Of a DNA stretch of 58,215 nt, positions 8,393-18,700 are shown piece by piece. Location of the stretch: IMG/VR virus record IMGVR_UViG_3300010354_000102, positions 1-58,215 of that record. One strand, 5' to 3'. Numbering within the stretch: position 1 is the stretch's first letter; each line of letters starts with the position of its first letter. Made by a program: the position numbers and the translations under genes. The notes under the pieces were generated by a model, which searched no databases, was not told the DNA's origin, and saw nothing but the letters and a program-made list of their open reading frames with translations. Source of the stretch: a virus (Duplodnaviria > Caudoviricetes).

Positions 8393-9974
8393 ATATGTTC
8401 TTCCTCATAAATTCATACGATGATGGTAGTTTCTGAACTTTCTCTGTTAGATGAGCTACGTGCCTTCTCCAACCTTCGTATATTGATCTTAGATCTTTAT
8501 TGTTTTGTTCATCTGCTGGGAGTAAATCTGCATGATAAGTATCAATTGGTTTGTGCCCCATACCTGCTAGGATATAAGCAACTCCATCAAATTCAGGTGG
8601 CCATACGTGAGCACATGAGTGGAAGTAATGGATCATCTCATAGAAGTTGTCAAACATTACACCAGCAGTTTTTGTTGTGAATGAATGAAATCTTTTATCT
8701 GCTTGCTCATCATCCCATAGTTTCCACCAATCTTTTTCTTCAGTTTGATATCTCCAGTATGGGGTATCTGTGCGAGATGAAAACTTATAATGAACGCTAA
8801 CAAAATTTCTGAAACCGTTCATATTCAATTGTGCCGCATAGTTATACCCATCAATATCAAATCCAGTTGGTCTATAGTTTCTTCTTTCAAGCAACTCCAC
8901 AATCTGAGAAATGACGGCATGTGTAGAAACTAAACCCGTTGATTCCAAAGGTTCAATAAATGCATATGCCAATCCAACGCCAACAACATTTTTCACCCAA
9001 CCTTTTTTGCGAACACCATGACGGATGTTTATTCTACGAGTGATATTGACATCTTCTGTTCCAAGATATTTCTTGAATTCTTTTTCTGCGGCATCGTCAT
9101 CAATAAAATCACTTGAATATACATATCCAGTTCCAATTCTATTCCAAAGAGGAATATTCCAAACCCAACCACTACTGAGAGCGGTGCAATCTGTGTAGTT
9201 TGTAAGTTGCTTTTCTTTATCAGTATATGGAAGATGTGCTGCAATAGCTCTGTCGTTGGATAACCATGGTTTGTAAGAAAGAAACTCAGATCCCATTTCT
9301 TTCTCTAACAATAAAGATTTGAAACCAGTACAATCAACATATAAATCTGCTTCGTATTTTGATCCAGATTTTCCAACAACACATGTCAAATATCCTTCTT
9401 CATCCTTTTCTACTCCAACTACGTCATCAATATAATGATTGACTTGATAAAATCTTTTCTTTAGAAAATTACCGAATGCTGCAGCATCAAAGTGATATGC
9501 AGTATCTTCAGCAAAATTAAAGTTTCTTAGAAGACCATCTTGATTGTAAGTATTCTTGTTCCACTTAGCTAGATGAAAATTATCATTATGATATTCACAG
9601 AAAGAATCAGTAGAAAGATTTTTGCTTCTCGCAGATAAGACAGACCAATCAGACATACTATGTTTATCTAATTTTCCACCAAAAGGATAGTGAAATGAAG
9701 TTCCATCATTTTGGCGAAAATTTGTAAAGCGAATAGAATTTTTATAAGTGGCATTGCATTCTTTCATCCACTCTTCATCTTTTAATCCAAGTAATTTTAC
9801 AAATCTTTTAAATCCAATAATTGTAGATTCTCCAACACCAACGGTTGGAATGGTATCAGATTCCAACAAAGATATTTTGCAGTCTTTACCTAAACGATGA
9901 TAAAATGCAGATGCTGCCATCCATCCAGATGAACCACCACCCACAATCAAAATACTTCTAATCACAGTTTTCAT
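8382..9974 (-). CDS. prnA: Flavin-dependent (tryptophan) halogenase family protein
   Basis: GGGSSGW, GVGEST, CNATYK, AYHFDA, DCTGF, GWVWNIP, FIEPLESTG. Confidence 0.92.
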   Translation of the reverse strand: MKTVIRSILIVGGGSSGWMAASAFYHRLGKDCKISLLESDTIPTVGVGESTIIGFKRFVKLLGLKDEEWMKECNATYKNSIRFTNFRQNDGTSFHYPFGGKLDKHSMSDWSVLSARSKNLSTDSFCEYHNDNFHLAKWNKNTYNQDGLLRNFNFAEDTAYHFDAAAFGNFLKKRFYQVNHYIDDVVGVEKDEEGYLTCVVGKSGSKYEADLYVDCTGFKSLLLEKEMGSEFLSYKPWLSNDRAIAAHLPYTDKEKQLTNYTDCTALSSGWVWNIPLWNRIGTGYVYSSDFIDDDAAEKEFKKYLGTEDVNITRRINIRHGVRKKGWVKNVVGVGLAYAFIEPLESTGLVSTHAVISQIVELLERRNYRPTGFDIDGYNYAAQLNMNGFRNFVSVHYKFSSRTDTPYWRYQTEEKDWWKLWDDEQADKRFHSFTTKTAGVMFDNFYEMIHYFHSCAHVWPPEFDGVAYILAGMGHKPIDTYHADLLPADEQNNKDLRSIYEGWRRHVAHLTEKVQKLPSSYEFMRKNIYEV

Positions 9975-10705
9975 ATTGTTAGTCTATTCAGTGAGTTTGG
10001 GAAACCTAATGTGCCATTAAAGAAAAGATTAAAGCTAATACTATAGCGAACATCCTCTTGATTTTCGTTGGGAACTGTATCATGCTCCAACCACGAAGGA
10101 AAAATTAAACACATTCCTTTCTTGGGTTTAATATATATTTCTCCAGAATTTAGTTGATTTTTAGATTCAATTTGCGGCATGAAAAAATATTTGATCCTGG
10201 TGGGATCTATAAATCTAATATGATTTGATAGAGAATTTTCTGATATATGTGGTGGATCTTCTGGATACCATACACCAGCGAACATAGAGTTACTATGTGA
10301 GTGTGGATGAATATATCCACTATATCCCAAAACATTACCCCACATAGTTTCTACTCTGGGAGTAATATTTTTGTATGAATAAACATCAAATATCTTTTGA
10401 GCGATAATCTCAATTTGTGATCTTAATTCAAAGTAGATTGGATTTTCGTGTAAGGTATCTTCAGTATAAAAAGATATTCTGTTCTTTTCTAAAGACTGCT
10501 CTGTATTAACCAAGTAATCTCCAACAGATCTACTAACCTGATACTCATCAGATTGTGAATATTTTGAATGCAAATCTTTAATAATATCATCTGTATTTGA
10601 TACAGATATAGTGCTCTCAAATAGAGCAGTAGGAAATATATTATGAACGTTATTCAATTCAGATTTAGTTTGCTCAAACGAATAATCCCAAAAATTATTA
10701 TTCAT
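9971..10705 (-). CDS. 2OG-Fe(II) oxygenase (TIGR02466-like)
   Basis: WGN...HPHSHSNSMFAGVWY, F-DP, IFPSWLEH, RYSISFN. Confidence 0.85.
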   Translation of the reverse strand: MNNNFWDYSFEQTKSELNNVHNIFPTALFESTISVSNTDDIIKDLHSKYSQSDEYQVSRSVGDYLVNTEQSLEKNRISFYTEDTLHENPIYFELRSQIEIIAQKIFDVYSYKNITPRVETMWGNVLGYSGYIHPHSHSNSMFAGVWYPEDPPHISENSLSNHIRFIDPTRIKYFFMPQIESKNQLNSGEIYIKPKKGMCLIFPSWLEHDTVPNENQEDVRYSISFNLFFNGTLGFPNSLNRLTI

Positions 10706-10706
10706 A

Positions 10707-11465
10707 TCATTCGGTTGGTTTTAGTTTCTTTTGTTCTACAATTTCTTTAAGCGAATTAATCATCTTTAGTTGCATGTTATCTTCGATACCATCAAATGTT
10801 GGAAGACGAAGATTTTTTGGATCTGCTAATAAATGTTGAGTATATTCACGGGTGCTTCCTTCAATTTTTGCTAATTGACCTCCAAGAAGATTAGAATATT
10901 GAAATCCAATAGAAAGAATTTGTAGTTGATCTTCTTCAGGAAGCATTGCGATTGAATCCAAATTACCAGTGCTAATTCTTCCAAATGAAAGAATATCCAT
11001 GGCAGCTTGTTTGCCCATTCGAGCAAGCCAATATTTTCTTTCTTCTTCTGGATCTTGATCAAAATATTTTTCTATGTCTTCCTCTTTTTCTATATTTTCT
11101 TGAACTCTTTTAACAAAACAATCTATTTCTTGTTCCTGACGGTTTAATTTTCTTTTTCTAATTTCTTGATCACTTTCAAAATCTTCAATATCAATTCTAA
11201 TAAGTTCTGCTTCTAGTTCATCATTACAAGTTTCCAAATCTCTTTTTAATTTTTCAATTTTGACATCATCTCTACGAATATCAAGTTTAATTTTCCTCAT
11301 TCCATGATAACGATTTTCGATTTCTAATAATGCTTGTCTTACTTGACGATATTTTGTTACATGAGAATTCATGACAAAATTTTCATTTTGAAAGTCTGTT
11401 TGACCAGTAGAAAATTTTATCGCATTCTCAAGAATGGTCTCTTTACTTAACATAACAATCTCCAA
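10707..11465 (-). CDS. Hypothetical helical/coiled-coil protein
   Basis: 252-aa ORF tightly coupled to its neighbours; charged heptads. Confidence 0.75.
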   Translation of the reverse strand: MEIVMLSKETILENAIKFSTGQTDFQNENFVMNSHVTKYRQVRQALLEIENRYHGMRKIKLDIRRDDVKIEKLKRDLETCNDELEAELIRIDIEDFESDQEIRKRKLNRQEQEIDCFVKRVQENIEKEEDIEKYFDQDPEEERKYWLARMGKQAAMDILSFGRISTGNLDSIAMLPEEDQLQILSIGFQYSNLLGGQLAKIEGSTREYTQHLLADPKNLRLPTFDGIEDNMQLKMINSLKEIVEQKKLKPTE

Positions 11466-11470
11466 TAATA

Positions 11471-12265
11471 CTAAAACTGTAATCCGATTTTTACAGGAAC
11501 AACTCTCTTGAAATCTACCACTCTGCCTTCTTCTCTTGCTTGAGTTTCTGGCATCGCAACACCAAAATGATCCTCGTATAATCTATTTAGATCACGAATA
11601 GTTGGTGCTGTTTTGAACTTCATTTTAAGTTCATTCATTTTTACTAAAAGATCTGTAATTTTAGTTTTGAAATTATTTCTGCCACCCAGAATTAAATCTG
11701 CCATCTGCTCTACACTTACTTCTCTTGAATTTGCTAGTGCAGTTAATAATGGAACGGATGCACTTGAATCTTTCTTGAATAAAACTGCTTCTTCATACTG
11801 TAGTTCAAATGATAAAGATTCCATCTGAGATGACATGTCAAGTTCCATAAATTTCTTATCAAACTCTTCTTCAATTACTGCTTTAGCAATATATCGCATA
11901 GCACTCATAACAGCTGCTCTTCTTTCATCATCTACTGGTATAACTACTTTTTCAATACCAGGAGAAATATCTTCATCTTGTGTAGCAAGGTAGATACCTT
12001 CTGATTGCCATGCTACAACTTCACCATCTATTTCTTGTTTGATAACCTTAACTTCATCTCTGATATCAGCAAATGTTCTAAATCCTTTAAATGCTGTAAC
12101 AGCATCCATTGGGTAATATTTACCTTTCACAATTTCTTTGAACATACTATCTTCGGAAACTGGAAGTGAAATAGCATACCAGTTTAATACGGATTTAAGA
12201 ACTCTCAAGTCATAAATGATTGAGAATAATGATGTATCTTTTGTTAAGTAATAAACTCTTTCCAT
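11471..12265 (-). CDS. Hypothetical protein, C-terminus like tail-fibre assembly proteins
   Basis: SFELQYEEA...ASVPLLTALANSREVSVEQMADLI resembles phage fibre-assembly helical domains; immediately follows a fibre gene. Confidence 0.6.
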   Translation of the reverse strand: MERVYYLTKDTSLFSIIYDLRVLKSVLNWYAISLPVSEDSMFKEIVKGKYYPMDAVTAFKGFRTFADIRDEVKVIKQEIDGEVVAWQSEGIYLATQDEDISPGIEKVVIPVDDERRAAVMSAMRYIAKAVIEEEFDKKFMELDMSSQMESLSFELQYEEAVLFKKDSSASVPLLTALANSREVSVEQMADLILGGRNNFKTKITDLLVKMNELKMKFKTAPTIRDLNRLYEDHFGVAMPETQAREEGRVVDFKRVVPVKIGLQF

Positions 12266-12277
12266 TTTTAATTCCTA

Positions 12278-14371
12278 TTAGTATGTTCCTATGCCACCAG
12301 TAGCACCAGATTCATCAACAACACCAGCACCTTGTTGATATGTTGATCCCGTAGTTCCTCCATATCCAGGAACAGGAGCAGCAACTTGATAACTTGCAGC
12401 TCCAGTGTAAGTCATGTAAGTTCTTGGTGGAGTACCAGCACCCATCATATCACCACCTTCTTGACCAGTTCCAGAAGATGCTCCAGGAATACCCTTACGG
12501 TAAGTTAAAGTTCCATCAGCAAAACGAATAACATCCTGGTAGTAATTATATATCCAAGCATTATTATTCTGAGCACCATTATAGTTTGAAACACAATATC
12601 CTTTGTTCATTCCAGTATGAAGATTTTCCTCACCTCCATTCTCTGGTTTTGAAATACCAGAACGAAGAATTACAGCATCACTATCTCTTCTTTTTGTAAC
12701 AGATCTATCTGTGTTGCCACCTTCTGAGGCATAGAAGAAACCAATTCTAGTTGCCTGGTGCTTATTAAATCCATCATTACCAGGAGCAGGAGAATAATTA
12801 GACCAAGCTGCATAAGATTCTGATGAAAATTCAAATCTATGCTGACCCGATGATACCCAAGCATAATATTCTCCTTCAGCGTGTGAAACGTGGTTTAAAT
12901 TTCCACCAATTTCAGAAAGCATTACTTCCGTGTTTAAATCGTGTCTTGAAGTATTGCCATTACCAGAAGTGATATATGCTCTATTTCTACCCCCATTAGA
13001 TCTCCACTGGTTGCCCATGAAATCAATCCATGCACCAGAATATGAACGTGCTCTAGTATCGTTCCATGCAGAATTGAGACCTCTATTTGTTTCCGTAATC
13101 ATACTCATCGAACATGTTGCTGAAGCCGCAGGTAACCAAGAGTTAGCACAATTATAAACAAATAGATTGACTCCATTATGTGATCCACCAATATATGCTG
13201 CTGAATAGTCAATAACATCTCCAATAGAAATAGTTACGTCTGATGGATGAGAAGTTCTATTACCATTTCTCCAAGGATTTGCATTCTGATATCCAGCAAC
13301 TGTATAACCTCTGTTGATGATATAACGGAATGACCACTGATCTGGATTTTCTAGTCGGTAGTTTGAATCTAGATCATGTGTCCAATATGCTTCAAATGCA
13401 GCTGTTGAAGTATTATAACGAGTTCTTAAAACAGCACCATCTGTTGTAGCGTTTTGAGTTGGTAATGTTTTAAAGATTGAACCATTTTGATATAAAGAAC
13501 CAGAGAAATTTATATCACCTTTAACATCTAAAAGATATCCAGGTCTCGATGAAGTGCTCCAGTTACCAATACCAACTCTTTCATTTGGTCGATCTAAAGT
13601 GATTAATGGATTAGTTTCGGAACCAGCATTAACTGCTCTGAAGAAAAGCATTCCAACAGATGAATCGTCTTGATTGATACAAAACCCATAATCATTTGGA
13701 GCTTGTCTGAAATAAATATGTCGATTATTTGTAGATGAACTATCTGGTCTAATAGTAATACCAGAACCACCAAGAACATTTAAACGTGTGTATTCTGTTT
13801 GGTCTGATGTTCCGATGGAAAGATTACCAGAGTTCCAAAGTCTTAATCTTATAGCTTCTGTAGTTGCACCGCTTCTAGTATACCAACCAAAATCTGGTGA
13901 TCCACTATTTCTGTAAAGAACTCTAATTCCACCTAACGGTGTAGCTCCACCAGATCCCTGAGTAAATCCTATACCATCATATTGACCATCATTAATTCCA
14001 GAATTTACTTGAATCTGAAAAGAATATCTTGTTCCTGCATTGTTTTGAACAACTGCTAATTTTGGAGATATTGCTGTAGTTGTACCTCCAACCATTGCAA
14101 CGCCGTTAAATGGAACTAATTTTAACGCTCCATTTGCATCATATGCTAAACCAGGAACTCCAGAAACATCAGAGACTGCAAAGATTGTTCCAGTAGTTAA
14201 ATTATTGTTTATAGAAAATAATTGCCCAGCGGAACCTTCAAAAGATAGTGTATTGTCATCAAGCACACGAAGTCTAATCGGTGAATTTACTTGACCAACA
14301 AAACTAACTTCAGGTATAGATGATGTGCCTTTATTCGGCGTTATAAGGATATCCTTATCAGAGTTCGCCAT
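12278..14371 (-). CDS. Tail-fibre-like virion protein with a Gly/aromatic-rich C-terminal domain
   Basis: N-terminal MANSDKDILITPN...LSFEGSAGQLFSI, fibre motifs (GNLSIGT, RVGIG, LDVKGDINFSGSLYQNG), C-terminal GYTVAGYQNANPW domain. Confidence 0.75.
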   Translation of the reverse strand: MANSDKDILITPNKGTSSIPEVSFVGQVNSPIRLRVLDDNTLSFEGSAGQLFSINNNLTTGTIFAVSDVSGVPGLAYDANGALKLVPFNGVAMVGGTTTAISPKLAVVQNNAGTRYSFQIQVNSGINDGQYDGIGFTQGSGGATPLGGIRVLYRNSGSPDFGWYTRSGATTEAIRLRLWNSGNLSIGTSDQTEYTRLNVLGGSGITIRPDSSSTNNRHIYFRQAPNDYGFCINQDDSSVGMLFFRAVNAGSETNPLITLDRPNERVGIGNWSTSSRPGYLLDVKGDINFSGSLYQNGSIFKTLPTQNATTDGAVLRTRYNTSTAAFEAYWTHDLDSNYRLENPDQWSFRYIINRGYTVAGYQNANPWRNGNRTSHPSDVTISIGDVIDYSAAYIGGSHNGVNLFVYNCANSWLPAASATCSMSMITETNRGLNSAWNDTRARSYSGAWIDFMGNQWRSNGGRNRAYITSGNGNTSRHDLNTEVMLSEIGGNLNHVSHAEGEYYAWVSSGQHRFEFSSESYAAWSNYSPAPGNDGFNKHQATRIGFFYASEGGNTDRSVTKRRDSDAVILRSGISKPENGGEENLHTGMNKGYCVSNYNGAQNNNAWIYNYYQDVIRFADGTLTYRKGIPGASSGTGQEGGDMMGAGTPPRTYMTYTGAASYQVAAPVPGYGGTTGSTYQQGAGVVDESGATGGIGTY

Positions 14372-14393
14372 TTGTTACAAGCCTTTTATTGAG

Positions 14394-14401
14394 TATTTAT
14401 A
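14394..14401 (-). promoter_or_regulatory. T4-type late promoter
   Basis: TATAAATA about 20 nt upstream of the ATG at 14371. Confidence 0.75.
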
Positions 14402-15035
14402 TGCCATAACGCTTTCTGGTGTTTTCAAAAATAGTTGTTAATTCAGTATCAGTAATATATCTATTATAGATTAACATCTGTGCTAAATTACCTTCCATAA
14501 AACCACTTCCTCCAGACCCAATTGTAAATTCTGCTGATTGACCTGAAGGTGTTGAAGTTAAATTTGGTCCACTGGTGCTAATATTATCGGTATTTCTGTA
14601 GATAGTTCTAGAACCGTCAGAATTTTTAAATCTGAATGTTGCTAAAGTCCACCCAATATTTCCGAGATCTCCTCCATAAGTATAATAATCATTTGATCCT
14701 CCATTTAAATATAATAAAGAATTATTTCCTTGAACATAACAAACATGCAAAGCAGAATTAAGACCACCTAATAAAGTTTGACTTACTTTATCAGTAATAT
14801 TGATCCAAGCAGAAACAGTCCATTCTTGAGTAAGATTGGGTTGATTTAATGGATTTGGTATGGTAATTAAACTAGAAGTTCCATTAAAAACAATACTTCC
14901 CCCACCAGAAGAAGAGTTATAAGTTATATTAGATGTGGAAGTTATTTGTGCGTTAGACAAATACTTTTGATTTGAAGCATCTAACGCAAATACTAATCCC
15001 GAATCGGGTATGTAAGTTCCTGAATATGTTGCCAT
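14397..15035 (-). CDS. LamG / concanavalin A-like lectin domain protein
   Basis: GLVFALDASN, FNGTSS, WTVSAWI, YNRYITDTEL...RKRYGI. Confidence 0.8.
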   Translation of the reverse strand: MATYSGTYIPDSGLVFALDASNQKYLSNAQITSTSNITYNSSSGGGSIVFNGTSSLITIPNPLNQPNLTQEWTVSAWINITDKVSQTLLGGLNSALHVCYVQGNNSLLYLNGGSNDYYTYGGDLGNIGWTLATFRFKNSDGSRTIYRNTDNISTSGPNLTSTPSGQSAEFTIGSGGSGFMEGNLAQMLIYNRYITDTELTTIFENTRKRYGI

Positions 15036-15721
15036 TAGATACCAAACCTCTTTCTTAATGAATTGAAATTTTGTGTTACTTCAGATGCAGATAAAACTCT
15101 ATTATATATTTTATGAACTGCAATTTTTACATTTGCATATCCATTATATCCCGCTCCTGGTCTATTATAAGTTCCTAAAGTATGCTCGAATACATTTGTT
15201 GTTGGGCTTCCATCATATGTGCCTGAAGATGATAATATTTCTACACCATTTATGTAGTATTTTTGAGATCCATTTTGAATAGATGATGTTATGTTATACC
15301 AAGAATTTGTGTCTATAGATGTGTTATATGTAGTATTTGTAAAATATGCTCCATTATCATAATATTGTATTAATAATCCAGTGGAAGTAAATGTCAATCG
15401 TAATTCTGGTTGATCAAAATTGTCAATTACCATAAAATGCCCATTATCTCCTTTTTTCTTTATCCAAGTTTCTGTAGTCATTGTAGAAGAAGATATATTA
15501 GATGTTCCACAGCTAATATATCCATTAGTTCCATTTAATGAAAAACTACCTCCACCATCGCTATCAACTGTTACGCCACCAACAATACTTCCATTATTTG
15601 AGTATCCACTAATATCATTCCACGTATTTCCAAGACCAGAATAACATTTAGTATTTCCAGGGTCTAAGCAAAATACAAGACCAGATGAATTTGTATATGG
15701 GTTATAACCTATTCCCATCAC
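15035..15721 (-). CDS. LamG / concanavalin A-like lectin domain protein
   Basis: GLVFCLDPGN, WNDISG, YYINGV, IYNRVLSASEVTQNF...RFGI. Confidence 0.82.
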   Translation of the reverse strand: MMGIGYNPYTNSSGLVFCLDPGNTKCYSGLGNTWNDISGYSNNGSIVGGVTVDSDGGGSFSLNGTNGYISCGTSNISSSTMTTETWIKKKGDNGHFMVIDNFDQPELRLTFTSTGLLIQYYDNGAYFTNTTYNTSIDTNSWYNITSSIQNGSQKYYINGVEILSSSGTYDGSPTTNVFEHTLGTYNRPGAGYNGYANVKIAVHKIYNRVLSASEVTQNFNSLRKRFGI

Positions 15722-18700
15722 TCTTCCTCCTCAACAGGTAACTCAACTTCAACCTCAAGTGGTTCAATATCCTTACGAGCAGCTTGAACGAAGTAGAATG
15801 CTTCGCCGCCACCAATAAAGATCGTATTATCTTCAATCTTCTCAACCCATGACATGTGATTGCCGATTGGAGTGAGTTGAACTGTGAGAGTATTTTCATC
15901 AATAAGAGAATTCCAATAATCTGGAAGTTCAATCACATTATTAGTTACCTTACCACGAACATAAACTGCATGTTCTGGTCCTTCTAGCGAACCATATACA
16001 AGGTCGTGATTTTCTTTGGTTGGGTGAGGAATACGGAATGACTTACTTGTAGCAGCAAACGAACCATTAACTTGCAACTGATATGTAAGTGTGTTACTTT
16101 GTGCAATATTAATACCAACTCTTGCAGCGGAATCCATATAGATACCAACTGTTGAAGTTGTGTTGGGGAATAACTGATTTGCATTTGTGCTAGTTTGTGC
16201 AATTAAGAACTTACCACCAAGTTGACCAATTGAATAATGTTGAACAGAGTCATCATGTAACTTAATACCTTGACCATTTGTATAAGTTCTAGGGGTAGAG
16301 GCATCACCAATTCTGATCCAAGGAGCATCGATATCAGCACCCAATCCAGCAGTAGTATTTGCATCAGTTGTATTGTTATTTACTGCAAGTAACTTAGTTT
16401 GTAATCCACCGCCCGATGCAGTATTTCTAAATCTACCTTGTTCTGTTCCAGTATCTGTTTGGAAAATAAGAGCAGAGTTATCATTAACTGATAAAATGGA
16501 ACCAGAACCAGATGATGTGATAGTTAATCTATTTCCAGTTCCACCTGTCTCGCTAATGCCAAGACCAGTATTGAATGCAATCTTGAGCTGACCTGTCATT
16601 GTATCGCCAGCCTTCAATACGTTGAGAGAAGAGGCTCCAGTAACAGAAGCAGTAATTGTGCCAGCAGCAAAGTTGCCAGAAGCATCACGAAGAACAACAG
16701 TATTTGCTACGTTATTTGTAGCTGGAGTAAGGTTACCAGCGTTCCAAATTTTCTGATTATTGATTGTTGCTGAATCTGTAGTAGCAACAACAATATTTAA
16801 ATTGCCACTTCCATCAGAATTGTTACCACCAGATGCAATTAATGCTACATTATAGTTTGGTGCGGGTGAAGAACTGGTGCTTAGGTAGATAGCAGGAGAT
16901 GATGCTTGACCATCTTTTCTACCCAACTTAAGTAATCCAGTTCCAGTAGAACTCTCAAGAGAAGCAGTTTCAAATGTTCCTTGATTTTTTAATGTATAAT
17001 CCTGGAATGCAACTCTATCATTTGCCGTTCCAATCGTTTGAGCTCCATTGAATGTTCCAGTGTTTAATACACCAGAAATAATAGTATAGTCTAAATTATC
17101 ATCCGCATCATTGTATGTTGTAACATTAGTGATTGTTAAAGTTCCTGTTCCCTGTGCGTTTACATCATATAAGTTTACAGGTAGACCAGCAAGGAATGGT
17201 GATGCAGTTAGAACATAACCAGAAATATAAATGTCGTAATATGGGTTGTTTGTGGTGGTTAATATTTTAACTGAGTTGTTGAATGATTTTGCAGTTAAGT
17301 AAGGTGCTAGTCTATTGTCACTTAAAATACCACTGTTAATATTGTAAGCATTTTGATAGAAAGATCCTTGGCGATTATCAAGTTTATCTGCATCTAATCC
17401 AGTTCCAGGACCATCATTGATTGATGTCCATACTTTAGCCCAAGTTCCGAAAGTGGTTACTCCAGTTCCAGAACCACGGATCCACATATTATCATTATCA
17501 GTAAATGCAAGCTGTCTTACACCACCACCAGTAGCATCAAAACCAGAACCAAAGTTTCTGAGAGTTAATACTAAGTGTCTAGATCCACCATCACTTAAAC
17601 TATCTGCACTGTTATTTCTAGTATCAGCAATAATACCTTCGGAGAATGAGTTTGGTGATGGGGAAGAAGTTGGGTTGTTAGTAGAAGTAATTAAACGTAA
17701 CGTGTTACCAGACTGACCAGAAACACTAATATTATATGTTCCACTTAAACGATCAACTGATACAACGCCAGCATTCAAGTTACTTGCATTGAGATAATAT
17801 GAACCTTGAGCGCCATCAAGTAAATCAGCATCTAATCCACTATCTGCACCAGTCTTTAGAGTTACTGAACCATTTCCAGATGCCCCAAGTGTAAACTGTG
17901 ACTTCTGGAAACGAGCAACACCAACACTACCAAATGGATCAGAAGAAATAGTTAAATCGTCAACTCTCTTGATATCAAGAGCGGTGTTTGCGTAATTTTT
18001 AGCAGTAGTTGCTAGTTTTGCTGCAAGAACAAGACCAGAACCAGAACCGATACCAGCAGGGGTATTTGTGATGTTGAAATCACCTGTATAGTTAATACCA
18101 CCATTAGTAACAATAATACTAGTTACTGCATTTCCAGAAACAGTGATATTTGCCTTCAATCCAGTGCCAGTTCCACCAGATAGAGAAACGTCAGTATATG
18201 TTCCATTAGTAAAACCAGTGCCACCAGAGACAATTACAACATTATCAATGAAACTTCCAATTGTATATACTGTATCTAAAATAAGAGGAGAGGCGGGTCT
18301 AGTAAATTCAATAATAGTTCCAGAAGGAATATTCTGAGTTACTGGATTGTTTAATGTTACAGTTGTTGATCCACTAGCAGTTAACACATTTGAAACTGAA
18401 GTATTAGCTGCAACACCAGTGATCGAAACAATACCATGACCTTTGAGAATATTTGCGTTAGTTGCAAATACAAAGGTGCTGGATCCAGATGATACTGCCT
18501 GAGTTAGTTTAGCGAAGTATCTTGTTTCAGACCCTTTAATTGATTGAACTACAGGAGCATATGCTTGATCACCTCTTAAGAAAGTAAATGAATTAGCTTC
18601 AGTGGAGTTTTGTGCTAAACGCGAAGTTGAAATAACGCCAGATGTAATAGCATCAGCTGCAATTTGATTAGATGAAAGTGATACCCAATTAGAAGAAAGT

